Shown here one piece after another: positions 9,521 to 18,330 of a stretch of 33,776 nt of DNA. Under the pieces are notes generated by a model. The model saw only the letters and a list, made by a program, of their open reading frames with translations. It had not been told where the DNA came from and did not search any database. The stretch is taken from the IMG/VR virus record IMGVR_UViG_3300036779_000276, positions 1-33,776 of that record. One strand, 5' to 3'. The position numbers and the translations under genes are program-made. Numbering within the stretch: the stretch's first letter is position 1; each line of letters starts with the position of its first letter. This stretch comes from a virus (taxonomy: Duplodnaviria; Caudoviricetes).

Positions 9521-9737
9521 CTAAATCCATATTGTCCAGGTCCTCAGGCGGTAGTCCGGTACTGCGGGCAATCAACGGTTCATCCCAGTCTGCAGGGTCT
9601 TTACTGATTTTTCGCACCTGCTTAAGATCTTTGACGGTGAGACGCTTCAGCTCAATACGTTCAACTCGCGTGCCTGCAGCGGTAGTAAATGGGTGAGTCA
9701 ATGTGAAAACAGCGGATTGGGTCTGTGACATGTTCAT
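9396..9737 (-). CDS. Tail assembly chaperone (P2 gpE / Mu gp41 family)
   Basis: 'LKRLTVKDL...GLPPEDLDNMDLADYLQL'; lies between tube and tape measure; AGGAG RBS. Confidence 0.9.
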   Translation of the reverse strand: MNMSQTQSAVFTLTHPFTTAAGTRVERIELKRLTVKDLKQVRKISKDPADWDEPLIARSTGLPPEDLDNMDLADYLQLQRRFQLVTGMGKGDEDADTGTGAAGEVVPVPAGGN

Positions 9738-9758
9738 GCTCCTGTGTGGTTTCAGAGC

Positions 9759-9801
9759 AGTATGTCCAGTTGAGGGGAAAGCGGATATTAAAGGGGGTTA
9801 A
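9759..9801 (-). promoter_or_regulatory. Late promoter 2 (TTAA-N6-TTAA box plus -10 CATACT)
   Basis: TTAA at 9788-9791 and 9798-9801, 23 nt from the -10 at 9759-9764. Confidence 0.72.
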
Positions 9802-9827
9802 GAAGAAAGGGAACCTTGCGGCCCCCT
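9800..9827 (-). terminator. Probable terminator after the tail tube gene
   Basis: Minus strand AGGGGGCC-GCAA-GGTTCCCT (GNRA loop, two G:U pairs) followed by TTCTTCTT. Confidence 0.55.
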
Positions 9828-9836
9828 GAAATATGA

Positions 9837-10358
9837 CTACCCGCCAATATTGATGCGGTAATCGGTCAACTGGTCAACGCCGCCGACGCGGAAGATGTTG
9901 GCCAGGTAGTCCAGCTCCAGTAGATCTTCACCATCCAGCACCTGCTTGATGTACGTGCAGGTGAAGCTGCTGGAGAACTCTGCGTTCTCATGCTGTTTGA
10001 ATGTCCCCAACGGGTTCTTCTTGAACATGATCGTCAGGAAGGTCACCAGCGGGATTTCATCAATCCGCCCCTGTGAGCTGTAACGCTGCACGCTGGAGCG
10101 GCACTGCAGAGCCAGCGATTTATACGGATTAGCGGCAGACAACATCGCGTCGCGATAAAAGCTGTTCCACTTGATCTCGCCCTCAAGCTTGTCGAAGCCT
10201 GCAGGGAGTTCCACCTTACCCACCATACCCAGCGCTTTATGCTCCTGCATGGTCATCGACACGTCAGGGAGTTTGACCTCCTCGGCCCGGCCCAGCAGGT
10301 TGGCGCCATCGAGATAGATGTTGGCATTGGTGATACGGTTGATCTCAATCTTGGCCAT
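9837..10358 (-). CDS. Major tail tube protein (P2 FII family)
   Basis: 'EVKLP...GMVGKVELPAGFDKLE...ELDYLANIFRVGGVD'; follows the sheath gene. Confidence 0.93.
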   Translation of the reverse strand: MAKIEINRITNANIYLDGANLLGRAEEVKLPDVSMTMQEHKALGMVGKVELPAGFDKLEGEIKWNSFYRDAMLSAANPYKSLALQCRSSVQRYSSQGRIDEIPLVTFLTIMFKKNPLGTFKQHENAEFSSSFTCTYIKQVLDGEDLLELDYLANIFRVGGVDQLTDYRINIGG

Positions 10359-11785
10359 CAGCTGGTCCCCTTCAGGGTTAACAGGTATTCCGAGGTGATC
10401 TCAGTCTCAAACGTCAGTCGCTCCAGCGGCGGCGGTGGTGTGTATTTATAGCTCAGCAACAGGTGACCGGCGGCCAGTTCCGTCTCTTCGTTACGGGCCG
10501 GGTCGAACCAGCATTTAAAGCCCTGCAGCGCACCGTCACCAATCAGCTTACGACCGTAAGCGTTGACCGACTCCGTCAGCGCATCAATCAGCGCCTGGGT
10601 AATCGGCATGTCGATGTACTGCTGGCTGAAATAACGCAGGGACTCGTTGATCACATCACCGGTACGGCGGACGTTCTCAAAGTTGCGCATATGGGTGACC
10701 GTTGGCCATGCGGCAGTGCGGTTCCCCCACAGACGCAGGCCGCTGCCATAGCTGCTGAAGACCGTGGTGATGCCCTGTTCGTTAAGCAGGTTCACCTCGC
10801 TCTGTGGGTCGTCAATCATCGCCGACAGCTGGCGCTCCACGCCGGTGATGCCCATGATTTCCTGGTTGGATGAAGACCACCAGTAACCCTTGTCCAGGTC
10901 GACTCTGGCACGCAGCCCGGCAGCACGCTGACTCAGCGGCTCCAGCCTTTCGCTGTTGGTGGCCGCGTCGTACACCTTGACGTGCGGGTAGCACAGACGG
11001 ACACGGTCGGAACGGGTGTTGAAGTTGATGGTACCATCCGGGCCGCGCCCCGCCAGAGCCTGCGCAAAAGTGGTACCAATCGGCGCGTCGATGTAGGTCA
11101 CCGCACCCAGCTTCTCAGCCATGGCGATAAGCTCAACCGAGACGCTGTTCTGGGTGCAGAATACCGGGGCAATCAGGATTTTGGCGAAGTAACCAAACAG
11201 GTTGAAGCTGTCGTTAAGCAGCTTCATGCCGGTACGGTTGCCTGCGGCGTTAACGGCACCGATGATATCAGCCGGGGTGACTTTGGTCGGATCAGCATAG
11301 TTATAGCTGGCCTTCACCGTTGCATCTGCAGTAATGCTTTTACCAAGGTTAGTAATCACCCCGGTCTGCGCATCAAGCGAGTAGTCCTGACCTTCCACAT
11401 AAGGCTGACCGTCGCTGTCCGGTTTCAGTACCAGCTGCGCGACCACCGGATTAGCCAGCTGTGCTTTACCCGTCGCTTTGTCGAATGTCACATCCTCATC
11501 TGCCACTGCGGTTTTATGCACAGCCGGATCAAGCACGTTAATGACCAGAACGGTGCCTGCACCATGGTCGTAGATCGCATCCAGCGCCTGCGGAAGGGTA
11601 AAGCCGGTTAACTGGCTGCCAAAGACGGAAGCATCTTTCTCAGACAGGCACTGCACCAGCGTATTGACGTCACCCATCGGGGCGGTACCAATCAGGCCAA
11701 TAACGGCAGATTTTACTGCTTTAATCGGGCGGGCACCGTTTTCCACCTCAATGGTTTCAGCGCCGTGCAGATAGTTAGCTGGCAT
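10358..11785 (-). CDS. Contractile tail sheath protein (P2 FI family)
   Basis: 'YLHGAETIEV', 'SAVIGLIGTAP', 'LNEQGITT', 'GLRLWGNRT', 'TPPPPLERLTF'. Confidence 0.95.
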   Translation of the reverse strand: MPANYLHGAETIEVENGARPIKAVKSAVIGLIGTAPMGDVNTLVQCLSEKDASVFGSQLTGFTLPQALDAIYDHGAGTVLVINVLDPAVHKTAVADEDVTFDKATGKAQLANPVVAQLVLKPDSDGQPYVEGQDYSLDAQTGVITNLGKSITADATVKASYNYADPTKVTPADIIGAVNAAGNRTGMKLLNDSFNLFGYFAKILIAPVFCTQNSVSVELIAMAEKLGAVTYIDAPIGTTFAQALAGRGPDGTINFNTRSDRVRLCYPHVKVYDAATNSERLEPLSQRAAGLRARVDLDKGYWWSSSNQEIMGITGVERQLSAMIDDPQSEVNLLNEQGITTVFSSYGSGLRLWGNRTAAWPTVTHMRNFENVRRTGDVINESLRYFSQQYIDMPITQALIDALTESVNAYGRKLIGDGALQGFKCWFDPARNEETELAAGHLLLSYKYTPPPPLERLTFETEITSEYLLTLKGTS

Positions 11786-12026
11786 GGGTGTTCTCCGTTT
11801 TCACATCGCCGTCGCCACCGTTCCTGCGCTTTGGTAACTGAGGCGCGGGTGTGCTGGCGGTTTTGGTTTCTTCAGGCACCGGCGTCAGATGCTTCAGCGC
11901 CACCAGTACCTTCACATAGTCATGCTCCTCCGGCAGGGTGACATTCTTCCCCCGCCAGAGCAGGATTTCGGCCCCAGTCGACAGCGTGACGCCGCTGGCC
12001 GGGCCGGAATAGCGGTATTCTTTCAT
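11775..12026 (-). CDS. Small hypothetical virion-region protein
   Basis: Overlaps both neighbours in the late operon; position before the sheath is like Mu gp38. Confidence 0.7.
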   Translation of the reverse strand: MKEYRYSGPASGVTLSTGAEILLWRGKNVTLPEEHDYVKVLVALKHLTPVPEETKTASTPAPQLPKRRNGGDGDVKTENTHAS

Positions 12027-12490
12027 CGTTCGCTTTCCTCATAGTTCACTTCGGTTAACAGCGGGCCGGACGGTAAATCGCTGTCTTCGATAAAGACGCT
12101 TTCAGTTGCCAGGTCGAGGGCGTACTGCCACAGCCCCTTGACCTCACCGATAAACACTTCACGGGTCAGCCAGATACGGCGGCGGCAGTTCGGCGGGGTG
12201 TAACCGCCGAGGATACGGCGCACCACGTCGAGCACATCCACCGCGCCCTGTTTACCGTTGAGCTGCCGGAAGATCACCGTGACGCACAGCTGGATGGTCT
12301 GGGCCTGGATCACCGCGCTGGTATCATTGGGCTTGTCGAAGCGCGACCCGGCATAACTCACCAGCAGCGCACCCTTCGGATGGTTGAGGCGGTATTCCGC
12401 TGGTTTCTCCGGGAAATATTCCACTGCAAGCGTCGGGAGTTTTTCCTTAAGGCGGGCCACAACCGCATCAATAACGGGCAGAACGTTCAT
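12023..12490 (-). CDS. Mu Gp37-like neck / tail-completion protein
   Basis: Follows the gp36-like gene; size and beta-rich pattern typical of tail terminators. Confidence 0.75.
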   Translation of the reverse strand: MNVLPVIDAVVARLKEKLPTLAVEYFPEKPAEYRLNHPKGALLVSYAGSRFDKPNDTSAVIQAQTIQLCVTVIFRQLNGKQGAVDVLDVVRRILGGYTPPNCRRRIWLTREVFIGEVKGLWQYALDLATESVFIEDSDLPSGPLLTEVNYEESER

Positions 12491-12936
12491 CAGTACTTCT
12501 CCAGTAAGCCATCGCGACCACCAAAGGTGGGACGGCGTACCCGTGCCCGGATTTCACCGGACTCAGGTACATCTTTTTGGGTCGACTGCAGCCCCAGCGT
12601 GAGTTTCCCGTCGCGGATGGCTTCCAGCTGACGCCGGGCCTCTTTGTTGTCGTCCTTAACGGTATCCGGGAGGTCACCTTCAGGTCGGCGGGCATAGAGC
12701 CGGTAGCGCGAAAGTGTGATGGCGATATCCCGCAGAACGGTCGGCACCTCCATCAGCGGCAGGGTATAGCGCCCACGCAGGTGGGCATCTATCAGTTCAC
12801 CGGTGTAGCGGATACAACTGTCCACCACGGTCGCGTTGACCGGGGGCTGCTCATCAAAGCCAACCGACTCATTGGTCAGCTCAATGAGCGTCCTTTCCGG
12901 TACCTGCTCCAGCAAATCCGCCTGGGTGCAGTACAT
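12490..12936 (-). CDS. Mu gp36-like head-tail adaptor (DUF1320)
   Basis: 'MYCTQADL...IDAHLRGRYTLPL..VP.VL...YRLY...LEAIRDGKLTLG'; start reset to ATG 12936. Confidence 0.88.
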   Translation of the reverse strand: MYCTQADLLEQVPERTLIELTNESVGFDEQPPVNATVVDSCIRYTGELIDAHLRGRYTLPLMEVPTVLRDIAITLSRYRLYARRPEGDLPDTVKDDNKEARRQLEAIRDGKLTLGLQSTQKDVPESGEIRARVRRPTFGGRDGLLEKY

Positions 12937-12937
12937 G

Positions 12938-13294
12938 TCACACCCCGCGCAGAATGCGGATAACGTCGCCTTCGGCCAGTGCCTCATCCAGCGCAATCCC
13001 GGCAGAAATACCCGCCGGGGCATCTTCCGTCGCGGCTACCTGAGGAATGGCGCAGGCGTTGGCATCGGACTGTACGTTCTGGCCTTTTGTGACAGCCGCA
13101 CCGACTTCGACGGCGACGATACCCAGAACGTTGACCGGCGTTAAATCACCGGCAGCGGCATCGACTTCTGCCACACCGAGTGCCACAGCACCGGCCTGAC
13201 AGGGGGCATTGTCGGCTCCGACAAAACGCTGCTGCGTCAGTGCGGCGGTAGCCGTCACGGTAGTGGTCAGAATGACCTGCTGAGTTGCACCCAT
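12938..13294 (-). CDS. Capsid cement/decoration protein (DUF2190-like)
   Basis: Small Ala/Gly/Val-rich beta protein ending 'GIALDEALAEGDVIRILR', directly after the capsid gene. Confidence 0.8.
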   Translation of the reverse strand: MGATQQVILTTTVTATAALTQQRFVGADNAPCQAGAVALGVAEVDAAAGDLTPVNVLGIVAVEVGAAVTKGQNVQSDANACAIPQVAATEDAPAGISAGIALDEALAEGDVIRILRGV

Positions 13295-13304
13295 GACCGT
13301 CTCC

Positions 13305-14258
13305 TTATTTCACAATGTTGGTGATGAGATACCCGGCATCGCCACCAACCACGGCGACTTTGTAGATATCGGTATAACGGCAGTACTTCACCTTGCCGCC
13401 GACGCCGTCATATTTGTCCGCCACCGGCATGCCCTTACAACGCAGGGTATAGCCGAACGACGGCTCATTTTCATCGGCACTGTCGGTGCCCGGCTGGGGT
13501 TTGCCGACGTAATGCAGCATCAGGTTATCGGCCCAGATATCGGCAGGGGTTTTGTCTTTATCCTGTGCATCCTTCATGGAGGCCATGGAGACCGGCTCGC
13601 CGATCACCACATCCTGCATCTGGAAAAGGTCTTTCAGAATGTCGATGGTGATGCGTTTGCGCTCGTTGGCCCCAATCGCGGCCTGGATCGCCGGGTGGAA
13701 TTTCAGCAGCGACATGACGCTGGCACCCATGGTCATCAGGTTCGGACGGAGGCCGGTTTTGTTACGCACCGCATCAATACCGGCTTCGATAATGGCAATC
13801 GGGTTGCCCTTGCCATCCACCCAGCGTTCAGCGGCTGCCAGGGCTTTAACGGAGGATGCCGGGTAGACCTTTTTGTCCTGTGCCAGACGGGCCGCATACA
13901 GCTCACGCCGGAGATTGACACCACTGGTTGCTCGTCGGGTGGCTTTTTTCTCTTCGTTGAACATCGATTCCACCTGTTCGCGGTAGTCTACAGAAACGGC
14001 CAGATCGTGCTCATTAAGAACCAGATCCAGTTTGCCGGTTTTCTCACGTACCAGGACGTTGCTGTCAGCTCCCACGGCACGCTCGGTGTCGTACTCCACA
14101 AAAGCCGATTTGCCGAAGGTCGGCACACTCACGCCTTCTTTATCCGTCTGGACAATCGGGAAGATGTGCTCACCGATGAACGCGGCATTTTTATAACCGC
14201 GTGCGATGCTGGTCAGCACCGGGTCAACGACGCGCTTACCCTTTAAATAATCAGACAT
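13305..14258 (-). CDS. Major capsid protein
   Basis: 317 aa directly after the protease/scaffold; 'VDPVLTSIARGY', 'GLRPNLMTMG'; AGGAG RBS. Confidence 0.88.
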   Translation of the reverse strand: MSDYLKGKRVVDPVLTSIARGYKNAAFIGEHIFPIVQTDKEGVSVPTFGKSAFVEYDTERAVGADSNVLVREKTGKLDLVLNEHDLAVSVDYREQVESMFNEEKKATRRATSGVNLRRELYAARLAQDKKVYPASSVKALAAAERWVDGKGNPIAIIEAGIDAVRNKTGLRPNLMTMGASVMSLLKFHPAIQAAIGANERKRITIDILKDLFQMQDVVIGEPVSMASMKDAQDKDKTPADIWADNLMLHYVGKPQPGTDSADENEPSFGYTLRCKGMPVADKYDGVGGKVKYCRYTDIYKVAVVGGDAGYLITNIVK

Positions 14259-14271
14259 GTTCTCTCCTTAA

Positions 14272-15369
14272 TTACAGGCAGCGTGAGACAGCAGCGTCGT
14301 AGCTGATGCCTTCTTTTTTCGACAAATCGAGCGCTTGTCTGTGCAGCGCCAGACGCTCTGGGTCGGCTTCAGCAAACTCTGCTGAAGACGTTGAAACACC
14401 GGTATCCACACGGTCTTTGGTTGCGTGCTCGCTAAAGTTCAGCACCGGTGCCGAGCTATCCAGCAATGTCTTGAACGCCGTGGCAAGCGGTGTGCGGGTG
14501 TCGCCTTCGGCAAATTCCACCGGCTTATCGCCAGCAGAGACCGCATCCAGAATGGCGACAACAACGGGCTTCGCTGCCGGGGCCAGTTGACCGCCGCTTA
14601 CCAGCTTCTCAGCGTAGGAAACGTTGTCAGTGTGCAGCTTCTCCTGCTGACTCTTTGCATCCAGCTCGGCTCGCTGGGTGGCCTCAGCCTTGAGACGGGT
14701 GTTTTCCGCCTGAAGGGCTTCAATTTCTTCTTTGGTCATCGTGTCGTTCTCTTGTTGAGGGTTAGGGTTTGGTTCGCTGAAGTCCGGCACGGCCTGCACT
14801 GGCTCGCGGTACGCTTCTTCGCGCAGGGAATCAACCTGCCATGACGGAAGTACCTTGTCGGTTTCATCCAGCCCGAACTGACCAATCAGAAAGTCACGCA
14901 GCCGCCCCCAGAGAGAGGCATTGGTGATATCGCCCCAGTCGGCAAACTCGACGACGCCTTCTTCCGACTCGCCAAATGACACCTGCTTCAGCCCCTTAAT
15001 AGAGGGAGGCTGTGCCCCCAGAAAACCAACGTGGCGCAGGTAAAGCGTGCCGGGTTTCGGGTTGCTGGGTGAGTCAGGGAGATAGAACGAGGCGGAGACT
15101 TTCTTGAAACGCCCGCTGCCTACCAGCTCGGCAAACTGCGGGTCGAGCTGTTCAGGCTCGGCCAGCAGGTCAGCGCCGCTGAGTGACAGGGATTTCACCC
15201 AGCCCCACGCCGGGTCTTCTGTTTTAGGGTGACCAATGACGAGAGGGGCTTCGTGGACGGATGGATCGTAGGCTTTGACGCAGGCGGCAAGGTCGCTCTG
15301 CGTGAACGGCAGTCTCAAACCGTGCATATCGGTATGGTGACCTGCTTTAAAAATATGAATGGCTGACAT
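14272..15369 (-). CDS. Prohead protease/scaffold (Mu gpI-like)
   Basis: 'APLVIGHP...AWGWV...FKKVSASFY...LRHVGFLGAQPP' protease domain followed by a coiled-coil scaffold; start reset to ATG 15369. Confidence 0.9.
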   Translation of the reverse strand: MSAIHIFKAGHHTDMHGLRLPFTQSDLAACVKAYDPSVHEAPLVIGHPKTEDPAWGWVKSLSLSGADLLAEPEQLDPQFAELVGSGRFKKVSASFYLPDSPSNPKPGTLYLRHVGFLGAQPPSIKGLKQVSFGESEEGVVEFADWGDITNASLWGRLRDFLIGQFGLDETDKVLPSWQVDSLREEAYREPVQAVPDFSEPNPNPQQENDTMTKEEIEALQAENTRLKAEATQRAELDAKSQQEKLHTDNVSYAEKLVSGGQLAPAAKPVVVAILDAVSAGDKPVEFAEGDTRTPLATAFKTLLDSSAPVLNFSEHATKDRVDTGVSTSSAEFAEADPERLALHRQALDLSKKEGISYDAAVSRCL

Positions 15370-15399
15370 TTTGCTGTCCCACGTTACGTTGTCGGAGAC

Positions 15400-15442
15400 A
15401 GTCTGCGGAAAAGCACGCAATGGCGCTTTTAATCTGCTTTAG
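15400..15442 (-). promoter_or_regulatory. Late promoter 3 (CTAA-N6-TTAA box plus -10 CAGACT), equivalent to Mu PI
   Basis: Box at 15429-15442, 23 nt from the -10 at 15400-15405, upstream of the protease gene. Confidence 0.68.
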
Positions 15443-15514
15443 AAAAAAATGGGGAGGAGAAGCACAGTGAAGGGAAACAGGGATGATTAAAGCGGTAAAC
15501 GAGGGGGCTGTAAA

Positions 15515-15565
15515 CCTTTATAAAGGCTCCGGGGCGGGTAACGCGATAAATCACCCGCCCCGGAG
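15515..15565 (-). terminator. 13-bp inverted repeat plus adjacent 12-bp palindrome after gpG
   Basis: CTCCGGGGCGGGT (15527-15539)/ACCCGCCCCGGAG (15553-15565); CCTTTATAAAGG at 15515-15526. Confidence 0.55.
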
Positions 15566-15573
15566 GGTTAAAT

Positions 15574-16032
15574 TCAACGGTGGGCCGCTGATTCAAGATG
15601 CCGGACAATCGTATCCAGAACCGAGGCTTCCGCCTCCGGTTGCAGCTCGCCGTCACCGGTCAGCGGCAGATAAGGGCGGGCTTCCAGCTCAACGGACTGA
15701 TTACGCCCAGCCTCGCCGCCGAACTGGTGAATCGGGCCATACACCACGTTGGTCCCCACGGCAGCCTGACGATGATCGTAGTCAGTGGTGACAGACCCCA
15801 TCAGCCGCCCGGTCGCCTGCAGCGTTTGCCCGTCACGCTTAGCTGCCGCCAGCGACGGCGTCCAGGACGGACGCCCCTCGTCCATAAAGTTGAGTTGCGT
15901 TTCCGTCAGCAGGGTCCCGGCGATTTTACGCATCGCGGGCGTGAGGTCTGTCGCTGCCAGCTCCAGCGCACGGAGGCTCTGGCGCAGGGACTCATCGTTA
16001 ATGATGATGTTGACCAGATTATCGGAAGCCAT
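15574..16032 (-). CDS. Phage virion morphogenesis protein (Mu gpG-like)
   Basis: 'LQATGRLMGS...VGTNVVYGPIHQFGG...ARPYL' signature. Confidence 0.92.
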   Translation of the reverse strand: MASDNLVNIIINDESLRQSLRALELAATDLTPAMRKIAGTLLTETQLNFMDEGRPSWTPSLAAAKRDGQTLQATGRLMGSVTTDYDHRQAAVGTNVVYGPIHQFGGEAGRNQSVELEARPYLPLTGDGELQPEAEASVLDTIVRHLESAAHR

Positions 16033-16034
16033 CG

Positions 16035-16856
16035 TTATCCTCTCAGTTCCTGCTGTGCCAGCGGTTGTAGCGTGCCCTGATAGCGGGCAAGGTCAGGACG
16101 GTAAGCCGCGCCCGGCGCATAAGACCAGCCGACGTCGGTGGCCACCTTCGTGGTACCGGTGTTGAAGGTGGCGACGTTCTGCATCTCGCCGGTTTTCTCC
16201 GACACCAGCTTCAGTTCCCAACCCATAGCGGTGCCGGAATTCACCACCTTCAGACCACGGGCGCGCACATCTGCCGCGCTCAGGGCAATCACGCCGCAAC
16301 GACAGTGAAAACCATTCGGCGGGTAGAACGCCTGCCAGAACGGATCATCATAGCGCAACACCATATTATGCAGACGCAGATGTACCTGGCGACTGTGGCT
16401 GTCATTGATGCCGGTATACATCCAGTACGGCCTGTCGTCGACGTTCTCCATCTGTTCGGCCCAGCGTCCGGCGCTGTAGAGCACGGACATATTGGTACGA
16501 AAGATGGTGTCGAGCCGCCACGGGCTACCCTGCTGGATAGTCACCGGTTCACCCGTTACCGGGTCGGTGGTGTCACGCGGCCCCCACCATCCCTTGCGCT
16601 GCAGCTCCGGCTCCAGCTCCTTTCTGAACCAGCGGCCTGTCTTCCCCTCGTCCAGCGACTTCTGCAGGGCGCTTCGGATATCCTCCAGAATATCGAGGCG
16701 GGTCACTTTGGCGACAGTGAACGCACGGGCATGCGCATCCTGCCACATCTCCTCCCAGTCCCGGGTGATTTTATACCCTTTGGATTTCAGGTAACTGATG
16801 GCCCGCTTCGGGGGCAACGTCATGCAGTACGCCAGCTCAGCCGTTGTCACGCTCAT
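16035..16856 (-). CDS. Head morphogenesis protein (Mu gpF / SPP1 gp7 family)
   Basis: 'AFTVAKV', 'RLDTIFRTN', 'DDPFWQAFYPPNGFHCRCGV'; start reset to ATG 16856. Confidence 0.92.
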   Translation of the reverse strand: MSVTTAELAYCMTLPPKRAISYLKSKGYKITRDWEEMWQDAHARAFTVAKVTRLDILEDIRSALQKSLDEGKTGRWFRKELEPELQRKGWWGPRDTTDPVTGEPVTIQQGSPWRLDTIFRTNMSVLYSAGRWAEQMENVDDRPYWMYTGINDSHSRQVHLRLHNMVLRYDDPFWQAFYPPNGFHCRCGVIALSAADVRARGLKVVNSGTAMGWELKLVSEKTGEMQNVATFNTGTTKVATDVGWSYAPGAAYRPDLARYQGTLQPLAQQELRG

Positions 16857-18330
16857 GCAGACGCCCCCAGAGTGTTGAGACAAACAGGATACGGGCCAGC
16901 CGCTCCTGCAGATCATCCGCGTTCATCTGCGGGTACAGTTCGGCCAGCGCACCCAGCAGCTCTGAGGGGTTAACACCGCCTTCAACCTGCTTAAACAGCG
17001 GTGCCAGCACAGGCTCAAGCACGCCATTTAACTCGCCACCGTTCATCAGAATATCCAGCGCATCATCCAGGCTCTGCTGAGCCTGAATATCGGCATCAAT
17101 CGCCTCGGCGAACGACAGCGGCAGCGTGTTGTTCTTCTGTGACGGTGGTGTCTCGTCAATATCACCGTCCAGCAGCTGGTACTCGCGTTTGAAGTATTGC
17201 GGCGTGAAGACCACACCGGCGCGGCTGAGTTTCTCATCGCGGGTGGCCTGCGTATCGTCGACCGTTCCCTGTTCCCACATCTTCCAGACGGGGCTGGCCA
17301 CATCGCCAAAGTTCAGCGAGACGGCCTGACGGATAACCTGATTCACAGCACTCACCACAATCCCGGCGTCGGCATCGCGGATATCACTGGTGACTTCCAG
17401 CCCGGCCTGTGCAGAGGCGCGGTTGCTGTTCGCCTCAGTGGTCTGGTTCTGCCCCAGCAGGGCAATAGAGATTTCACTGCGGGCGAGCGTAATCAGATTC
17501 TGGTAAATATCGCTGCTGTCGGCTTTGCCTGCGGCCTCTTTGATTTCGATAGAGGAATCATCAGGAATAGCCGCCACGGCGTCCTCGACCATCGCCTCCA
17601 TGGAATCCAGCAGCAGGTCAATCTCGCCCTGAGCCGTACCGCGTGGATGCTTACCGATAACCCACGGCGAGCCAAATTTCTCGGCAAAGCGCACCCAGAA
17701 CTTCATCCCGCCTTTCTTGAACGTCACAGGCCAGAAGCACATCGACAAATCAGGGAAGCCATACGGGTTGTCGTAGGTCGCATCCTGACGCGGCACCACA
17801 AACTTATTCAGCGGTACCGGCTCACCTTCCAGCCCGGCGTCTTTTGCCCGGAAGCGCAGCAGGTTGTCGTTGTCGAACTGGAACCATTCGGGCGGCTTGC
17901 CCACGATATTGGTGACTGCCCAGGACTTAACCGAACGGCCCCACATGATTTCGCAGGGCTGGTACCCGTAGAGCACGGCATCAGTCATCTCGCCGATGAT
18001 GCGGGAGATATCGAGGTCGTCGAGCATGTCATTAATAAAACTGAACACCCGCTCCGGGGCATGACCACGCTCAAGCCCGCGCTCCAGCGACTTGACCGCC
18101 GCTTTACGTCTGCGGATACAGCCACCAACCAGCGGGTCGGTACGCAGCTCGCGATAGATGCGGATATCCCGGCCCTGTGATTTGAGAATAGGATCGGGAT
18201 TTGGCAGGTACATCCCCAGACCAAAGAAGTCGATGGAGCGGCTGCGTGATGCAATCTGCTCCGTCAGCGTCTTGTTCGGCTCGGCAAAGCTGACAAATTC
18301 ATTGGGTGAAACCCAGAGTCCACGCGGCAT
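16837..18330 (-). CDS. Portal protein (Mu gp29 / DUF935)
   Basis: 497 aa directly after TerL; 'DAVLYGY', 'FAEKFGSP', 'EISIALLGQ'. Confidence 0.92.
   Translation of the reverse strand: MPRGLWVSPNEFVSFAEPNKTLTEQIASRSRSIDFFGLGMYLPNPDPILKSQGRDIRIYRELRTDPLVGGCIRRRKAAVKSLERGLERGHAPERVFSFINDMLDDLDISRIIGEMTDAVLYGYQPCEIMWGRSVKSWAVTNIVGKPPEWFQFDNDNLLRFRAKDAGLEGEPVPLNKFVVPRQDATYDNPYGFPDLSMCFWPVTFKKGGMKFWVRFAEKFGSPWVIGKHPRGTAQGEIDLLLDSMEAMVEDAVAAIPDDSSIEIKEAAGKADSSDIYQNLITLARSEISIALLGQNQTTEANSNRASAQAGLEVTSDIRDADAGIVVSAVNQVIRQAVSLNFGDVASPVWKMWEQGTVDDTQATRDEKLSRAGVVFTPQYFKREYQLLDGDIDETPPSQKNNTLPLSFAEAIDADIQAQQSLDDALDILMNGGELNGVLEPVLAPLFKQVEGGVNPSELLGALAELYPQMNADDLQERLARILFVSTLWGRLHERDNG

Noticed and set aside
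13293-14246. 317-aa plus-strand ORF opposite the capsid gene
   Set aside because: Antisense shadow of a well-supported gene, with no recognisable motifs
15487-15500. Fifth copy of the late-promoter box (TTAA-AGCGGT-AAAC)
   Set aside because: The second half-site does not match and there is no -10 at the conserved spacing
17197-18180. 327-aa plus-strand ORF opposite the portal gene
   Set aside because: Antisense shadow expected in GC-rich coding DNA; no RBS or motif support
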